Of a stretch of 64,000 bases of DNA, positions 19,245 through 28,557 are shown piece by piece (within the stretch, counting starts at the first letter, position 1; the number at the start of each line of letters is the position of its first letter). The notes beneath the pieces were generated by a model, which worked only from the letters and a program-made list of their open reading frames with translations, made no database searches and was not told where the DNA came from. This DNA is from a virus: the IMG/VR virus record IMGVR_UViG_3300037805_000894. One strand, written 5' to 3'. Both the position numbers and the translations under genes were made by a program.

Positions 19245-19633
19245 TGCCAGGACCGAAACACACGTGTAGGTTTATGTTCGATGATGGCGATAGGTGTGAT
19301 AAGCCAGTCTTCGGGCGACAGGACTACTGCGTGGAGCATTACAACGAAGTCATTCTCGGCGAGGATGTCCCAGAGGAGCAGGGTGCGCCTAGCTATGCCT
19401 TAGATTCCATCCCACCAACGGTAAATTCTTTAGAACAGGTTAGGGATGTAATGGGTATAATGATCCCTCAATTAATTTGGGGGAATGTGAATCCCAAGTT
19501 AATGACAGCTCTTACTAGCGCTTGTCTTGCGCAGGCTAAGATTATAGAACTTACAGATATTGAGAGTAAGCTCAAAGAGCTAGAAGCTTTAACGGATACC
19601 GATGTTAGGTATTCTCTTATTTTAGATGATTAA
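19244..19633 (+). CDS. possible terminase small subunit
   Basis: N-terminal C..C..CxxH finger, C-terminal DIESKLKELE coil, upstream of terL. Confidence 0.4.
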   Translation: MPGPKHTCRFMFDDGDRCDKPVFGRQDYCVEHYNEVILGEDVPEEQGAPSYALDSIPPTVNSLEQVRDVMGIMIPQLIWGNVNPKLMTALTSACLAQAKIIELTDIESKLKELEALTDTDVRYSLILDD

Positions 19634-19867
19634 ATGGCTACATATGATAGGTACCATAAAAGGTTAGCTCGTCTACTTTCAAAAGTAAAAGAGAGTAGGG
19701 GCCTTATGGATCTTTCGTATGATAAAGATAAGTTAAAAAATCCTACTAAAAAAGAGAATATAGAATATATTTATGCTATGTTGAGTGAAAATAAAATTAA
19801 GGTACAATTAGAGAAACAAACTGAGGTTTTCTCTGACTTAGTGGACCTCAATATAGAAGTAGAATAA
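19634..19867 (+). CDS. hypothetical protein
   Basis: tightly packed 77-aa ORF. Confidence 0.55.
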   Translation: MATYDRYHKRLARLLSKVKESRGLMDLSYDKDKLKNPTKKENIEYIYAMLSENKIKVQLEKQTEVFSDLVDLNIEVE

Positions 19868-20070
19868 TGCGTCATATTACTAGATTATTTCCTAAAACAA
19901 AACAAGGCAAAGACGATCTCTTAAAAGGTCTCTTATTGCTAAGCGTGTTGACGGCTATCACGCTACCTAAGCTGAAGAAGAGTGAGTATGATGAGCTATT
20001 GGAAGAGCACCATCGTCGGTACAACAAGCGCCCCATTTATACAAAAAAATGGATACAAAACCTACTATAA
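19867..20070 (+). CDS. small membrane protein
   Basis: one hydrophobic segment; 1-nt overlap. Confidence 0.5.
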   Translation: MRHITRLFPKTKQGKDDLLKGLLLLSVLTAITLPKLKKSEYDELLEEHHRRYNKRPIYTKKWIQNLL

Positions 20071-20289
20071 AAAAGAGAAGTAGGAACTAGAGGGGTTTGC
20101 GCCCCCTTCTTTACGTAGTCTACTACATCTTAATTCATAAGTCTGCAGCTCTATGCATTTGATGCAACGTAACGCTTTGACACACATAAGCTATAGTCCC
20201 ATCCTCTTTTTGTATCTAGATTCTCTCTAGATATAGTTTTATACCTTATTTGGTCTTTAGTTTTTAGTCTTTTTTGTTATACTATAAAG

Positions 20290-21159
20290 GTGAAAATCGC
20301 CTGTGTTACTAGTCCTCTAAATGATATGCACACGGCTAATATCATTGAAGGTTTTGTGGAGCTAGGTCATGAGGTGGATAGAAAACCAGTGCCCTCTAAG
20401 GTTTATAATTTACTGATTGAACATGCCAATAGAGGGGTAGACTCAAATTTAACTGCAGCTATTAGCCTTACAAATGATCTCTGCCCTATCTATATAAACG
20501 GAGAGGACTTTTTCGATAACCACCCCTATAACCAAGAATGGGGTTGTTTCAGGTACCCAGAAAAGTATAAGCTTTATTTTAGAAGAGAAGTGCTTCCTTG
20601 GAACAGGCGACTGTCACATGAGTTTCCTCTGCCTTTCGGTTTATATTCTAACTACTTAAAACACTATAATGAACAAAAAGAAGATTTATGTATTTTCCCC
20701 TCTGCGGGGGAGTATCCTAATAGACGAGAAATCATTCGTTACATAAAGGAATTCAATCTACCTATTAAAGTAGGCAGGGTTGGTAAATTTAGGCATTCAG
20801 TTACGGTGCAAGGTTCCGATGATTATTATAAGCATTTAAATAGAGCCAAAGTTATTATCTCGTCTATAGGGTGGGGGCAAGATACTGCTCGTTTCTGGGA
20901 AGCACTCTCTACAGGCGCTTGTGTTATATCTGAGCAATTAGATCTAGAGATGGCTCATCCTTTTACTCATATGGAGAACGTTATCTTCTTTACACACCCT
21001 TCAGAACTTGTAGATATTTTTAATAACTTAGATTCAATAGATATAGAAACTATAGGTAAAAAAGGGCGGGAGCATGCTCTTAAATATCACATGACCAGGA
21101 ACAGAGCTAAATTTGTTATAGACAAGGCTTTAGAGTACTCTTTAGTAAATGACATCTAA
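20290..21159 (+). CDS. GT-B glycosyltransferase (CgeB/Glyco_trans_1_2-like)
   Basis: YYKHLNRAKVII...RFWEALSTGACVISE...KKGREHALKYH. Confidence 0.8.
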   Translation: MKIACVTSPLNDMHTANIIEGFVELGHEVDRKPVPSKVYNLLIEHANRGVDSNLTAAISLTNDLCPIYINGEDFFDNHPYNQEWGCFRYPEKYKLYFRREVLPWNRRLSHEFPLPFGLYSNYLKHYNEQKEDLCIFPSAGEYPNRREIIRYIKEFNLPIKVGRVGKFRHSVTVQGSDDYYKHLNRAKVIISSIGWGQDTARFWEALSTGACVISEQLDLEMAHPFTHMENVIFFTHPSELVDIFNNLDSIDIETIGKKGREHALKYHMTRNRAKFVIDKALEYSLVNDI

Positions 21160-22699
21160 ACCTGTTGTCTCTATAAAACCAAGCGAACTCGTTGAGAGCT
21201 CCTTCTATATCGATATGGAGTTTCCATTTTCGTTTAAGGGTAGAGATTATCTTAAGCCTGTTTACGATAATCAAGATAATATTATGGTATTGTATTTTGG
21301 AAGGCAGTCTGAAAAATCTACTACTATAGCTAATAAGATTATTTTAAACAGTATTACAAAAAGAAGATTTAGGACTCTTTATGTAACACCAGCCGATGCA
21401 CAAACAAAAGAGTTTTCAATAGATAAGTTAGATCCGAAATTAAAATATTCACCATTAATACAAAACCACTTTTGGGGAAAAATTCCAGTAGTAGATAATG
21501 TGTATTCAAAAGAATTAAGAAATGGGTCTCGTATTGTGTTAAAATCGGCATATAAAAATGCTGACCGTATCCGAGGCATATCGGCAGATTATCTCTGTGT
21601 AGATGAAGTACAACATATTAATCCTGATTTTCTACCCGTCATGGAAGAGTGCATTTCTCACTCGCCTTTCAAGGGAAGATTATATGCAGGCACACCAGAT
21701 GTAGCTCAGGATGCTTTAGATCAGGTATGGAAGTTTTCTGATCAAACAGAGTTTATATTTAAATGTAAGAATGGGCATTGGGTCCGGCAAGATCATGACA
21801 TCGTAAATTTTGTAGAAGTAGATGGCATTCACTGTAAAACATGTGGAGTTATTCTAGACAGAAGCCAGGGTGAATGGGTAACTGCTCATGAGGGCGGTAA
21901 ATATAAAGGATATAGAACTAGCCAGTTAATGGTTCCTTGGTTAACCACAGAAGATATTCTAGATAAGCAAGAGCGTTATGCTCCCAAGCGTTTTTTGAAT
22001 GAGGTAATAGCTCTTCCTTATGAATCCATGGGTGCACCTGTCACAGAGAAACACATACGGAAATGTTGCGACGATAAGTTTCAAATGCTTAAAGGAGGCG
22101 TAATTCCACAGGGTGTGCAAGCTCCTATCTATGCAGGTATTGATTGGGGTACAGGCTTAAAATCCTACACAGTATTAACTTTTGTTGCTCACATAGGTGG
22201 CAAATGGACCATGTTGCGTTCAAAAAGATTCTCGGGAGTAGAAGCTGATGCCAATAGACAGATGGAGTTAATTCTAGAAGAGCTGCATCGTTTTAGACCT
22301 AAGGCTGTTTCTTGTGATTGGGGTTTTGGGCACTTACAGAATGCACAAATAAAGCTTAAATATACGCACGGAGAAGTGCGTACTGTATTTTCGTCTGTAG
22401 GAGCTGCTCCTATTATTCTAGATGCTACTGGGCGCTATGTTATCAATCGCTCAAATATGATGTCGAGAGTATTTAACATGATTTTAGAGGAGCGGATAAG
22501 GTTTCCGCGTTTCGAGGATTTCGGTACTTTTGCAAAAGATATCTTATCCATTAAAGCAGAAGATCCAGATGAAGCTGGCGTGCAAAAAACACAGTTAAAG
22601 TATGTCCATGTAGCTCCCGACGATTTTTTCCATTCATTAATGTATGGCTTGATCGCGGGGGAGATTGCTACAGGGAACTTAATTATAGATGCTATTTAG
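21149..22699 (+). CDS. terL: terminase large subunit
   Basis: GRQSEKST Walker A, RGISAD..VDEVQ Walker B, GTP, GIDWG nuclease, PDDFFHS. Confidence 0.9.
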   Translation: MTSKPVVSIKPSELVESSFYIDMEFPFSFKGRDYLKPVYDNQDNIMVLYFGRQSEKSTTIANKIILNSITKRRFRTLYVTPADAQTKEFSIDKLDPKLKYSPLIQNHFWGKIPVVDNVYSKELRNGSRIVLKSAYKNADRIRGISADYLCVDEVQHINPDFLPVMEECISHSPFKGRLYAGTPDVAQDALDQVWKFSDQTEFIFKCKNGHWVRQDHDIVNFVEVDGIHCKTCGVILDRSQGEWVTAHEGGKYKGYRTSQLMVPWLTTEDILDKQERYAPKRFLNEVIALPYESMGAPVTEKHIRKCCDDKFQMLKGGVIPQGVQAPIYAGIDWGTGLKSYTVLTFVAHIGGKWTMLRSKRFSGVEADANRQMELILEELHRFRPKAVSCDWGFGHLQNAQIKLKYTHGEVRTVFSSVGAAPIILDATGRYVINRSNMMSRVFNMILEERIRFPRFEDFGTFAKDILSIKAEDPDEAGVQKTQLKYVHVAPDDFFHSLMYGLIAGEIATGNLIIDAI

Positions 22700-22961
22700 G
22701 TTTCTTAGCCGGTTTATTGACTAATAACGTAGTGATATTATCAGGTTTTTTCTTTACACGTCTTTTCTTTTTAGCTTTCTTGCAAGGCGTTTTTTCAACC
22801 TCCTCTTCAATACTAGCTTCAAAAGTTACCCCTTTGTTGCGGCAAACGAGGCATATAAATACACCATTAAAGTGTCCTTCTGTTTTTGTATAAGCGGTAA
22901 ATGTACCAAATTCTTGGCAGTGGGAGCAGCGTACAGCGCATACGACTCTAGATTTATTCAT
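22692..22961 (-). CDS. zinc-ribbon protein
   Basis: CSHC and CLVC, basic tail. Confidence 0.55.
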   Translation of the reverse strand: MNKSRVVCAVRCSHCQEFGTFTAYTKTEGHFNGVFICLVCRNKGVTFEASIEEEVEKTPCKKAKKKRRVKKKPDNITTLLVNKPAKKPK

Positions 22962-23346
22962 TTTTAATCCTTTCTATGTTTTTCCACACAAGACCCCATT
23001 GAAAAGATATCTCTCTGAGATCTTTCATGGCGAGTTTTTCTAATTTTTTTAAAGATATTTCTAAAGCTTTTGTTGGCTTATGTTTCATTGAACGTCTCAT
23101 TTTATTATCTTCTCTATCACAGGTTTTACACCAACAACCGAGACCTCCTTCCCTTCTATTATCCTTTCGCATAGCGGATTCAGGTACTAAGTCTCCACAA
23201 CGTGTACATTGTTTACTAATCTCAAATAAAGCTATATATTTTAAACGTTCAGCGGCTTGTAGACCGTGATCCTCCAAACCTCCTGCGTATGTTTCTAGCA
23301 TCTCTTTAAGCAGCTCGTTCTCTTCATACAATGTAAGTTCTTTCAT
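22954..23346 (-). CDS. CxxC zinc-finger protein
   Basis: KQCTRC...GLGCWCKTC. Confidence 0.6.
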   Translation of the reverse strand: MKELTLYEENELLKEMLETYAGGLEDHGLQAAERLKYIALFEISKQCTRCGDLVPESAMRKDNRREGGLGCWCKTCDREDNKMRRSMKHKPTKALEISLKKLEKLAMKDLREISFQWGLVWKNIERIKNE

Positions 23347-23373
23347 GTTTTCAGTATAACAGGTTATTTATGT

Positions 23374-23410
23374 AAAAGAAAGAGCTTACCGCTGTATAGC
23401 AGTAAGCTCA
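23374..23410 (-). terminator. terminator downstream of tRNA-Gly
   Basis: GAGCTTAC/GTAAGCTC stem with T tract. Confidence 0.6.
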
Positions 23411-23413
23411 TTT

Positions 23414-23487
23414 TGGAGCGTCTAGGGGGAATTGAACCCCCGTGACCAGCTTGGAAGGCTGGAGCTTTACCTCTAAGCTATAGACGC
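23414..23487 (-). tRNA. tRNA-Gly(TCC)
   Basis: GCGTCTA acceptor, CCAGC-CTTCCAA-GCTGG, GTTCAATTC, encoded CCA. Confidence 0.92.
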
Positions 23488-23805
23488 GAAAAGCTCTTTA
23501 CGTGCAAAGAACTTTTTAAGAGCCCTTAAAGGTATACCGGCTGCTTCTACTAGCTCATCAGTACTAGGACCTCTCCCTAATGCCTCCGTAAGCTTATCTT
23601 GAATAGGACCCAAATAAGTAAGATCTCTCTTACAGCCCTTTCTTACTATATTTTGTACAGAATATGTTTTTTTATCTTTACCTTTCCAGGAGTTTGTTTT
23701 AACCCTGAAAAGAAGCTCCGGGTATTTTTCTTGTAGTAATGTTGTGAGCTTTTCAGCATCACGCAAACTTTTTACAGTTTTCCAGTTTTTGAATTTAGTT
23801 TTCAT
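23473..23805 (-). CDS. small basic protein with sigma region-3-like HTH
   Basis: LTEALGRGPSTDELVEAAGI; 3' end overlaps the tRNA-Gly 5' end. Confidence 0.5.
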   Translation of the reverse strand: MKTKFKNWKTVKSLRDAEKLTTLLQEKYPELLFRVKTNSWKGKDKKTYSVQNIVRKGCKRDLTYLGPIQDKLTEALGRGPSTDELVEAAGIPLRALKKFFARKELFASIA

Positions 23806-23891
23806 TAAGAGTTGGTGAGATTAGGGCTCCCACCAGGCCCGTCCTAAGTCACTGTTTTTCGCAAGAGCTAAGGTACAATGACAACCTTGTT

Positions 23892-24605
23892 TTAGAGATG
23901 CTTTAGTTTTTTCCTGCCTGCTTTACGATACTCAAGCCACAGTTCCAGACCTTTTATTAGTCTAGCTCGACACTCGAAACATAGCAAATAAGCCTCGTTT
24001 AATGACGCTTGTGTTTTAGGGTTAGCCCAAGAGCGTGTTTTAATTTTATTGATACGTTCACCTTTAGGCACATGGGAAGGTTGATAGAAGCTAAGTAAAT
24101 CTTTTGAGGCACAGCACTCACACCTACATCCTTTTTGATTCCTAGCCCGTAGCATAAAAAGAACTGCTCTGTCTTTACTTCTATCAGAGTGGCATTTTTT
24201 ACATCCCGCTGCAGGGGTAGTTCTATCCGAGCGAACATAGAACTCGGTGACAACCTTTAGACGTTTACATATATAGCATTTCCTATGCTGAACACCTTTC
24301 ATAACAGGGTTTTTTCTTTTCTGATCTGGCATACAGGCATAACAGTTCTTACGATTCATAGGCCAATAATATTCTGTTCCTTCTTTATCTTTCCTTAGTC
24401 TCTTGCCACGCTCTAGTTCAAAAACGTGTCCACATTTTTTACATGTTTTAATTACCTGTTTCCTGTGGACTCTTTTTTGTTTAGGGGAACATTTAAAACA
24501 ACGCGTTCTGTTATCAGAGACTCGTAGATAAATTTTACCTTCAGGGCTTTTAACCTCGGTTAGATTATGAAATAGTTTAGCGCATTTTGTGCAAGTTTGA
24601 ATCAT
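23892..24605 (-). CDS. Cys-rich multi-zinc-finger, HNH-like protein
   Basis: about eight CxxC pairs, C-terminal LLCFEC. Confidence 0.55.
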   Translation of the reverse strand: MIQTCTKCAKLFHNLTEVKSPEGKIYLRVSDNRTRCFKCSPKQKRVHRKQVIKTCKKCGHVFELERGKRLRKDKEGTEYYWPMNRKNCYACMPDQKRKNPVMKGVQHRKCYICKRLKVVTEFYVRSDRTTPAAGCKKCHSDRSKDRAVLFMLRARNQKGCRCECCASKDLLSFYQPSHVPKGERINKIKTRSWANPKTQASLNEAYLLCFECRARLIKGLELWLEYRKAGRKKLKHL

Positions 24606-24681
24606 GGGATTAAGTGAGGCTTAGGCTGCAGAAACGAAGTGAGTAGGAGGTCTTAAAACTTTTGTCGTCGCATTCCGATAC

Positions 24682-25455
24682 TTATATCTCTATTACCAGT
24701 TCTGGGTTGAACCCTTTATTATTTTCATGTGGATAGCCTCGAGGATTCATTACAACCCTACACCCATGTAATTCTGTATCTACAGTATGATGGGAGTGAC
24801 CACATATCCATAACTTAGCTTTAGACATAATTTCATCACAGTCAGAAGCAAAGGAACCATTTAAAGGGGAGTCTTTATATGCATCTGCCACCAAGTGTCT
24901 AGAAGGCATATGATGAGTAACAATAATATCTTTATAGCTTGCATCTGCTCTTTCTACAGTCCATTTAAGGTAGGTTTTACATACGTCATGAACCTCAATA
25001 CATTTATCTATTGTAAAAGACGCTTCATCAAATTTTATATTTCCAGTAAAATCATTCAAACAGAATTTAGCGGTAGTTACTTGCAGAGGATCTTTATTAT
25101 AGAAATCGGTCCATAAGGTAGAACCAGTTATGCGGCATAGCTCCTTACTTTCCGAATCGGTTATGAGATCACTAGAGTTATGTAAAATACGGATGTTATT
25201 CTTAGAAACATTATACTTACGCACACTTTCAAATAAATCACTTAATGTGTAAAGTAAATCCCCACCATAATACTCATGATTACCCATAATATAAAAGACT
25301 TTTTTATACCTAGGTGCAGCTTCAAATAGCATATCTAAGGCGCCAGTACCTACCCCACAGTCTCCTGCTAGTATTAAGTAATCAGCATCTACTATAGGGA
25401 TCACGAAGGGCGAAAACTCTACATGAAGATCAGAAAGTATGTGTAATTTAATCAT
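24682..25455 (-). CDS. metallophosphoesterase
   Basis: SDLH, AGD, GNHEYY, VTHH, GHSH, NPRGY. Confidence 0.9.
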   Translation of the reverse strand: MIKLHILSDLHVEFSPFVIPIVDADYLILAGDCGVGTGALDMLFEAAPRYKKVFYIMGNHEYYGGDLLYTLSDLFESVRKYNVSKNNIRILHNSSDLITDSESKELCRITGSTLWTDFYNKDPLQVTTAKFCLNDFTGNIKFDEASFTIDKCIEVHDVCKTYLKWTVERADASYKDIIVTHHMPSRHLVADAYKDSPLNGSFASDCDEIMSKAKLWICGHSHHTVDTELHGCRVVMNPRGYPHENNKGFNPELVIEI

Positions 25456-25473
25456 TTAAAAACTCCTCCAAGA

Positions 25474-25743
25474 TTAGGCGTAGTCAAAGTCATCAGGGGT
25501 AAGGGTGGGGTGGTCAAAGGCCTGCATCATCCGGATTAGATCCCCTTCAAGATCGTCTCTATCAAAAGCGTTAAATGTCCCTGCGTCAGTGCCCTTAGTG
25601 GTATGCGAACAAGGCTGTCCATCTTTATCAAAGAGTACCATTTCGATACTCCAGATATCCGGAGCGTGGTTAAAAACACGATAAGACCAATAAGAAGATT
25701 CATTGGTCTTATCTGTATGGTTTCGGGTATCAGAACTAGTCAT
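25474..25743 (-). CDS. hypothetical phage protein
   Basis: WSYRV...LIRMMQAFDHPTL; 4-nt overlap. Confidence 0.6.
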   Translation of the reverse strand: MTSSDTRNHTDKTNESSYWSYRVFNHAPDIWSIEMVLFDKDGQPCSHTTKGTDAGTFNAFDRDDLEGDLIRMMQAFDHPTLTPDDFDYA

Positions 25744-26117
25744 TTTTCGTATGACCCTTTTCCAGGGATCACGTTTCTTACTCCCCCCGTAGGCTCTTCA
25801 GTATCTCCAAAAGAACGAGGGATTATGTGTATGTGAAAATGAGGCACAGTTTTACCTGCCGCTTCACCTTCGTTAAAGCCTATATTGAATCCGTCAGCAT
25901 CGGCTTGCTGTAAGGTAGCCATTTCTATCACATAACCAAGTTGATGGAGCTCATCCTGATCGAGTGCATAGAAAGATTCTATGTGTCTATCTGACACTAC
26001 CAGCTTATGTCCGGGTGTAACTGGATATGCATCTTCTAAGATATAGAAATCACGCACTTTAAGTACGTAGTCTTTATTTTTTATTTTCTCACAAAAGGGG
26101 CAATTTTCTTTACGCAT
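25740..26117 (-). CDS. HIT family hydrolase
   Basis: CPFC, YPVTPGH, GKTVPHFHIHIIPR. Confidence 0.92.
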   Translation of the reverse strand: MRKENCPFCEKIKNKDYVLKVRDFYILEDAYPVTPGHKLVVSDRHIESFYALDQDELHQLGYVIEMATLQQADADGFNIGFNEGEAAGKTVPHFHIHIIPRSFGDTEEPTGGVRNVIPGKGSYEK

Positions 26118-26130
26118 GTTTAAAAAGGCT

Positions 26131-26206
26131 TGGTAGGGCTGATGGGATTCGAACCCATACTGGACGGATTTTAAGTCCGATGTCTCTGCCGTTGGACTAC
26201 AACCCC
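26131..26206 (-). tRNA. tRNA-Leu(TAA), short variable loop
   Basis: CGGA-CTTAAAA-TCCG, GTTCGAATC, CCA. Confidence 0.9.
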
Positions 26207-26213
26207 GTGTTTA

Positions 26214-26290
26214 TGGCACACCCATCAGGATTCGAACCTGAACTCATCCGATTAGAAGTCGGAGGCATTATCCAGTTATGCTATGGGTGC
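26214..26290 (-). tRNA. tRNA-Arg(TCT)
   Basis: TCCGA-CTTCTAA-TCGGA, GTTCGAATC, CCA. Confidence 0.92.
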
Positions 26291-26363
26291 ATGAACTAAA
26301 AGCATACATAAAACCAAATGGTTTTTCAATTAGTTCTTAGTACTATTTATTCCTAGAAATTGT

Positions 26364-26594
26364 CTATTCTTCAGTCCTGTATGTATCTAAATACATGAGA
26401 CTTCGACGCAATCTATCCCTGAAGACTTTAGGACCGCCCGGCGTATCCGAGCGTACGAACATTAAATGCTCATTGGGTGTTTCAGCCCATGTGAGCTCAG
26501 TGAATAGCTGTTTAGCTTCGTCTACTATGTCCAGTAAGTAGAGGTATTCCAGAAGAGGAATCTCCATGAGTTCACGTTCAGGGGAATCGTCCAT
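26364..26594 (-). CDS. hypothetical protein
   Basis: packed small ORF. Confidence 0.5.
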   Translation of the reverse strand: MDDSPERELMEIPLLEYLYLLDIVDEAKQLFTELTWAETPNEHLMFVRSDTPGGPKVFRDRLRRSLMYLDTYRTEE

Positions 26595-26595
26595 T

Positions 26596-26823
26596 TTATT
26601 TTATTCTTTTTATAAGTTCACTTGCTAACTGGGCTCGTCTAGCGAGCTCACTAGCAGCGGCATTACCTATCTCCATACCAAGCTGATCAACATTGCTGCT
26701 TAAACCTATAACAGTTAATTTATATAAAAATTCAGCGTCTGCCATTTTGATAGTATCTTGAGTCTCAATAAAGGAAGTATCATTATTCTGCAATAACTGT
26801 TCCATTGTTATAGTTTCTTCCAT
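26596..26823 (-). CDS. hypothetical protein
   Basis: packed small ORF. Confidence 0.5.
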   Translation of the reverse strand: MEETITMEQLLQNNDTSFIETQDTIKMADAEFLYKLTVIGLSSNVDQLGMEIGNAAASELARRAQLASELIKRIK

Positions 26824-26999
26824 AATTTCACCTCACTAATTTTAATATCATAGAGTATCCTCTCATTCTGGGGTAATCTGTTTAAATAGTCTAGTTTATA
26901 TTTGACAGCATCTTCTTTTAAGGCTAAACCACACAAAACTTTATTTTCACCTGATTTTTTATTTACTAGGGTTAATACATTTAAGGGTTCTGGTTGCAT
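26808..26999 (-). CDS. hypothetical protein
   Basis: packed small ORF. Confidence 0.45.
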   Translation of the reverse strand: MQPEPLNVLTLVNKKSGENKVLCGLALKEDAVKYKLDYLNRLPQNERILYDIKISEVKLWKKL

Positions 27000-27409
27000 T
27001 GTTCAGTTATTATATTTGCTTTTTCCAGCAGACACAAGCCTCTATCTTCTCTATATTTTTCTGCATATACTACTCGAATTATACCACTCTGTATTATTAG
27101 CTTAGCGCATTCAAAACACGGGGATAAGGTTACATATAAAGTAGCGCCTTCAGATGAAAGTGTGGCTTTAGCTAGTTTAAGGATAGCATTAGATTCAGCA
27201 TGTAAGACTTCTGGCTTCGTTACAAGTTCTTTCTCTAGGACAAACTCACATTGGTTGTTAAACCCGGCAGGAGTGCCATTAAAACCATCACTGATAATAG
27301 CACCGTCCTTAACAATTAAAGCACCTACTTTTTTTCTCTCGGCTCTAGATAATTTACTCCATCTAATAGCCATATCCATATAAGCATGATCAAGTGTCGT
27401 TTGCTGCAT
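26981..27409 (-). CDS. dCMP deaminase
   Basis: VGALIV..GFNGTP, HAESNA, SPCFECAK. Confidence 0.92.
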   Translation of the reverse strand: MQQTTLDHAYMDMAIRWSKLSRAERKKVGALIVKDGAIISDGFNGTPAGFNNQCEFVLEKELVTKPEVLHAESNAILKLAKATLSSEGATLYVTLSPCFECAKLIIQSGIIRVVYAEKYREDRGLCLLEKANIITEQCNQNP

Positions 27410-27575
27410 TTTCGTTCATTAGTTTCATAAAAGCTCTTAACCGCTCCTTATTTTTTTTCCAATCTACTTCGTCTTTAAAATTATCAAAAGCTGTATTCAT
27501 TTTTTCTTTTTCCCACACCATAAGCATTTCATTTAAAAGGGCTAGGAATTTTTCAGTTTCGTCTATCGGTATCAT
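27390..27575 (-). CDS. hypothetical protein
   Basis: packed small ORF. Confidence 0.45.
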   Translation of the reverse strand: MIPIDETEKFLALLNEMLMVWEKEKMNTAFDNFKDEVDWKKNKERLRAFMKLMNENAANDT

Positions 27576-27783
27576 TTGGTAGTGTGTCTTCAGGGCCTTT
27601 GTACTTACGTTTAGCTATTACAGGAACAACGCAGTTGCAAGAAACTGTATTTAAAGGCTTCTCCGTTGTATGTACACTGGAACAACTGATGATGAGGTAC
27701 AACAATATATAGCTTATTACAGTTATTGCTATTAAAAGGAGAAAGTTTTTTATTTTAGTTTTGTTCATGATAAAAAGAAACAC
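27553..27783 (-). CDS. small membrane/lipoprotein
   Basis: hydrophobic N-terminus followed by ISCS. Confidence 0.45.
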   Translation of the reverse strand: MFLFIMNKTKIKNFLLLIAITVISYILLYLIISCSSVHTTEKPLNTVSCNCVVPVIAKRKYKGPEDTLPNDTDRRN

Positions 27784-27830
27784 AGGACCTAGAGAATACT
27801 AAGTCCTGTGTCCTTAAGGGGATTACACTT

Positions 27831-28124
27831 TTATTCCGTTTTTTCTTCGGAAGTTTCCCCAGCAATGACTTCTGGCAAGTCTAGCTCATTTTCTGACTCC
27901 TCCATAAGTTCAAAAACACATCCTTCAGGCAAAGCTTGCGGAGGAAGGAACTTTATATCTGTAATAGATAGTTTTTCTTTTTCTGCATTTTCTGGACTTG
28001 CTATAGGTTTTCCCGTAAAAGAACCTATAGTGCCGTTAGAGAAGTAAATAAGAACCGTTTGGAATTTTTCAGGTTCAGGGAGTTTTAGTTCTGGTGGTGA
28101 ACTTTCTTGCGTAGGCTTCATCAT
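27831..28124 (-). CDS. hypothetical protein
   Basis: acidic ORF; start uncertain. Confidence 0.5.
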   Translation of the reverse strand: MMKPTQESSPPELKLPEPEKFQTVLIYFSNGTIGSFTGKPIASPENAEKEKLSITDIKFLPPQALPEGCVFELMEESENELDLPEVIAGETSEEKTE

Positions 28125-28491
28125 GGTGTTCTTTACAACGGGTTTTATCATTATTTCGCGAACCTTCACTGCCACATATCTCACAGGTATGCAAGGAAGT
28201 AGTTACTAATTCACTAAGTAGTTTTTCTATATGCTCATTAATTAGAGACATATAGATACGTAAGCAGCCATGTTTACTTATGACATGCATCGCATAGTTA
28301 TTGCGTCTTTCTTTTTTTGGCATTTTCTTAAGCAGGCGCTCAGTCTTAATAGATGCTTCTTTGAGAAGTGCAAACCAACCATCTCCACATTCGAAACCTC
28401 TATACATGAGGGATCGAGTAGGAGGTAGGTGAACACCTCGATACAGGATAGGGTTAGCTTCTATAATCTCTCTTTCTAAATGTTTCTTCAT
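28075..28491 (-). CDS. conserved phage hypothetical protein
   Basis: GFECGDGWF...KHGCLRIY...TCEICG. Confidence 0.7.
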   Translation of the reverse strand: MKKHLEREIIEANPILYRGVHLPPTRSLMYRGFECGDGWFALLKEASIKTERLLKKMPKKERRNNYAMHVISKHGCLRIYMSLINEHIEKLLSELVTTSLHTCEICGSEGSRNNDKTRCKEHHDEAYARKFTTRTKTP

Positions 28492-28557
28492 TTTCCTATA
28501 AGGGTTACAAGAGAAGGGTTAGTAAGAAAGGATTATAGAATAGCGTTAACTCAAAAG

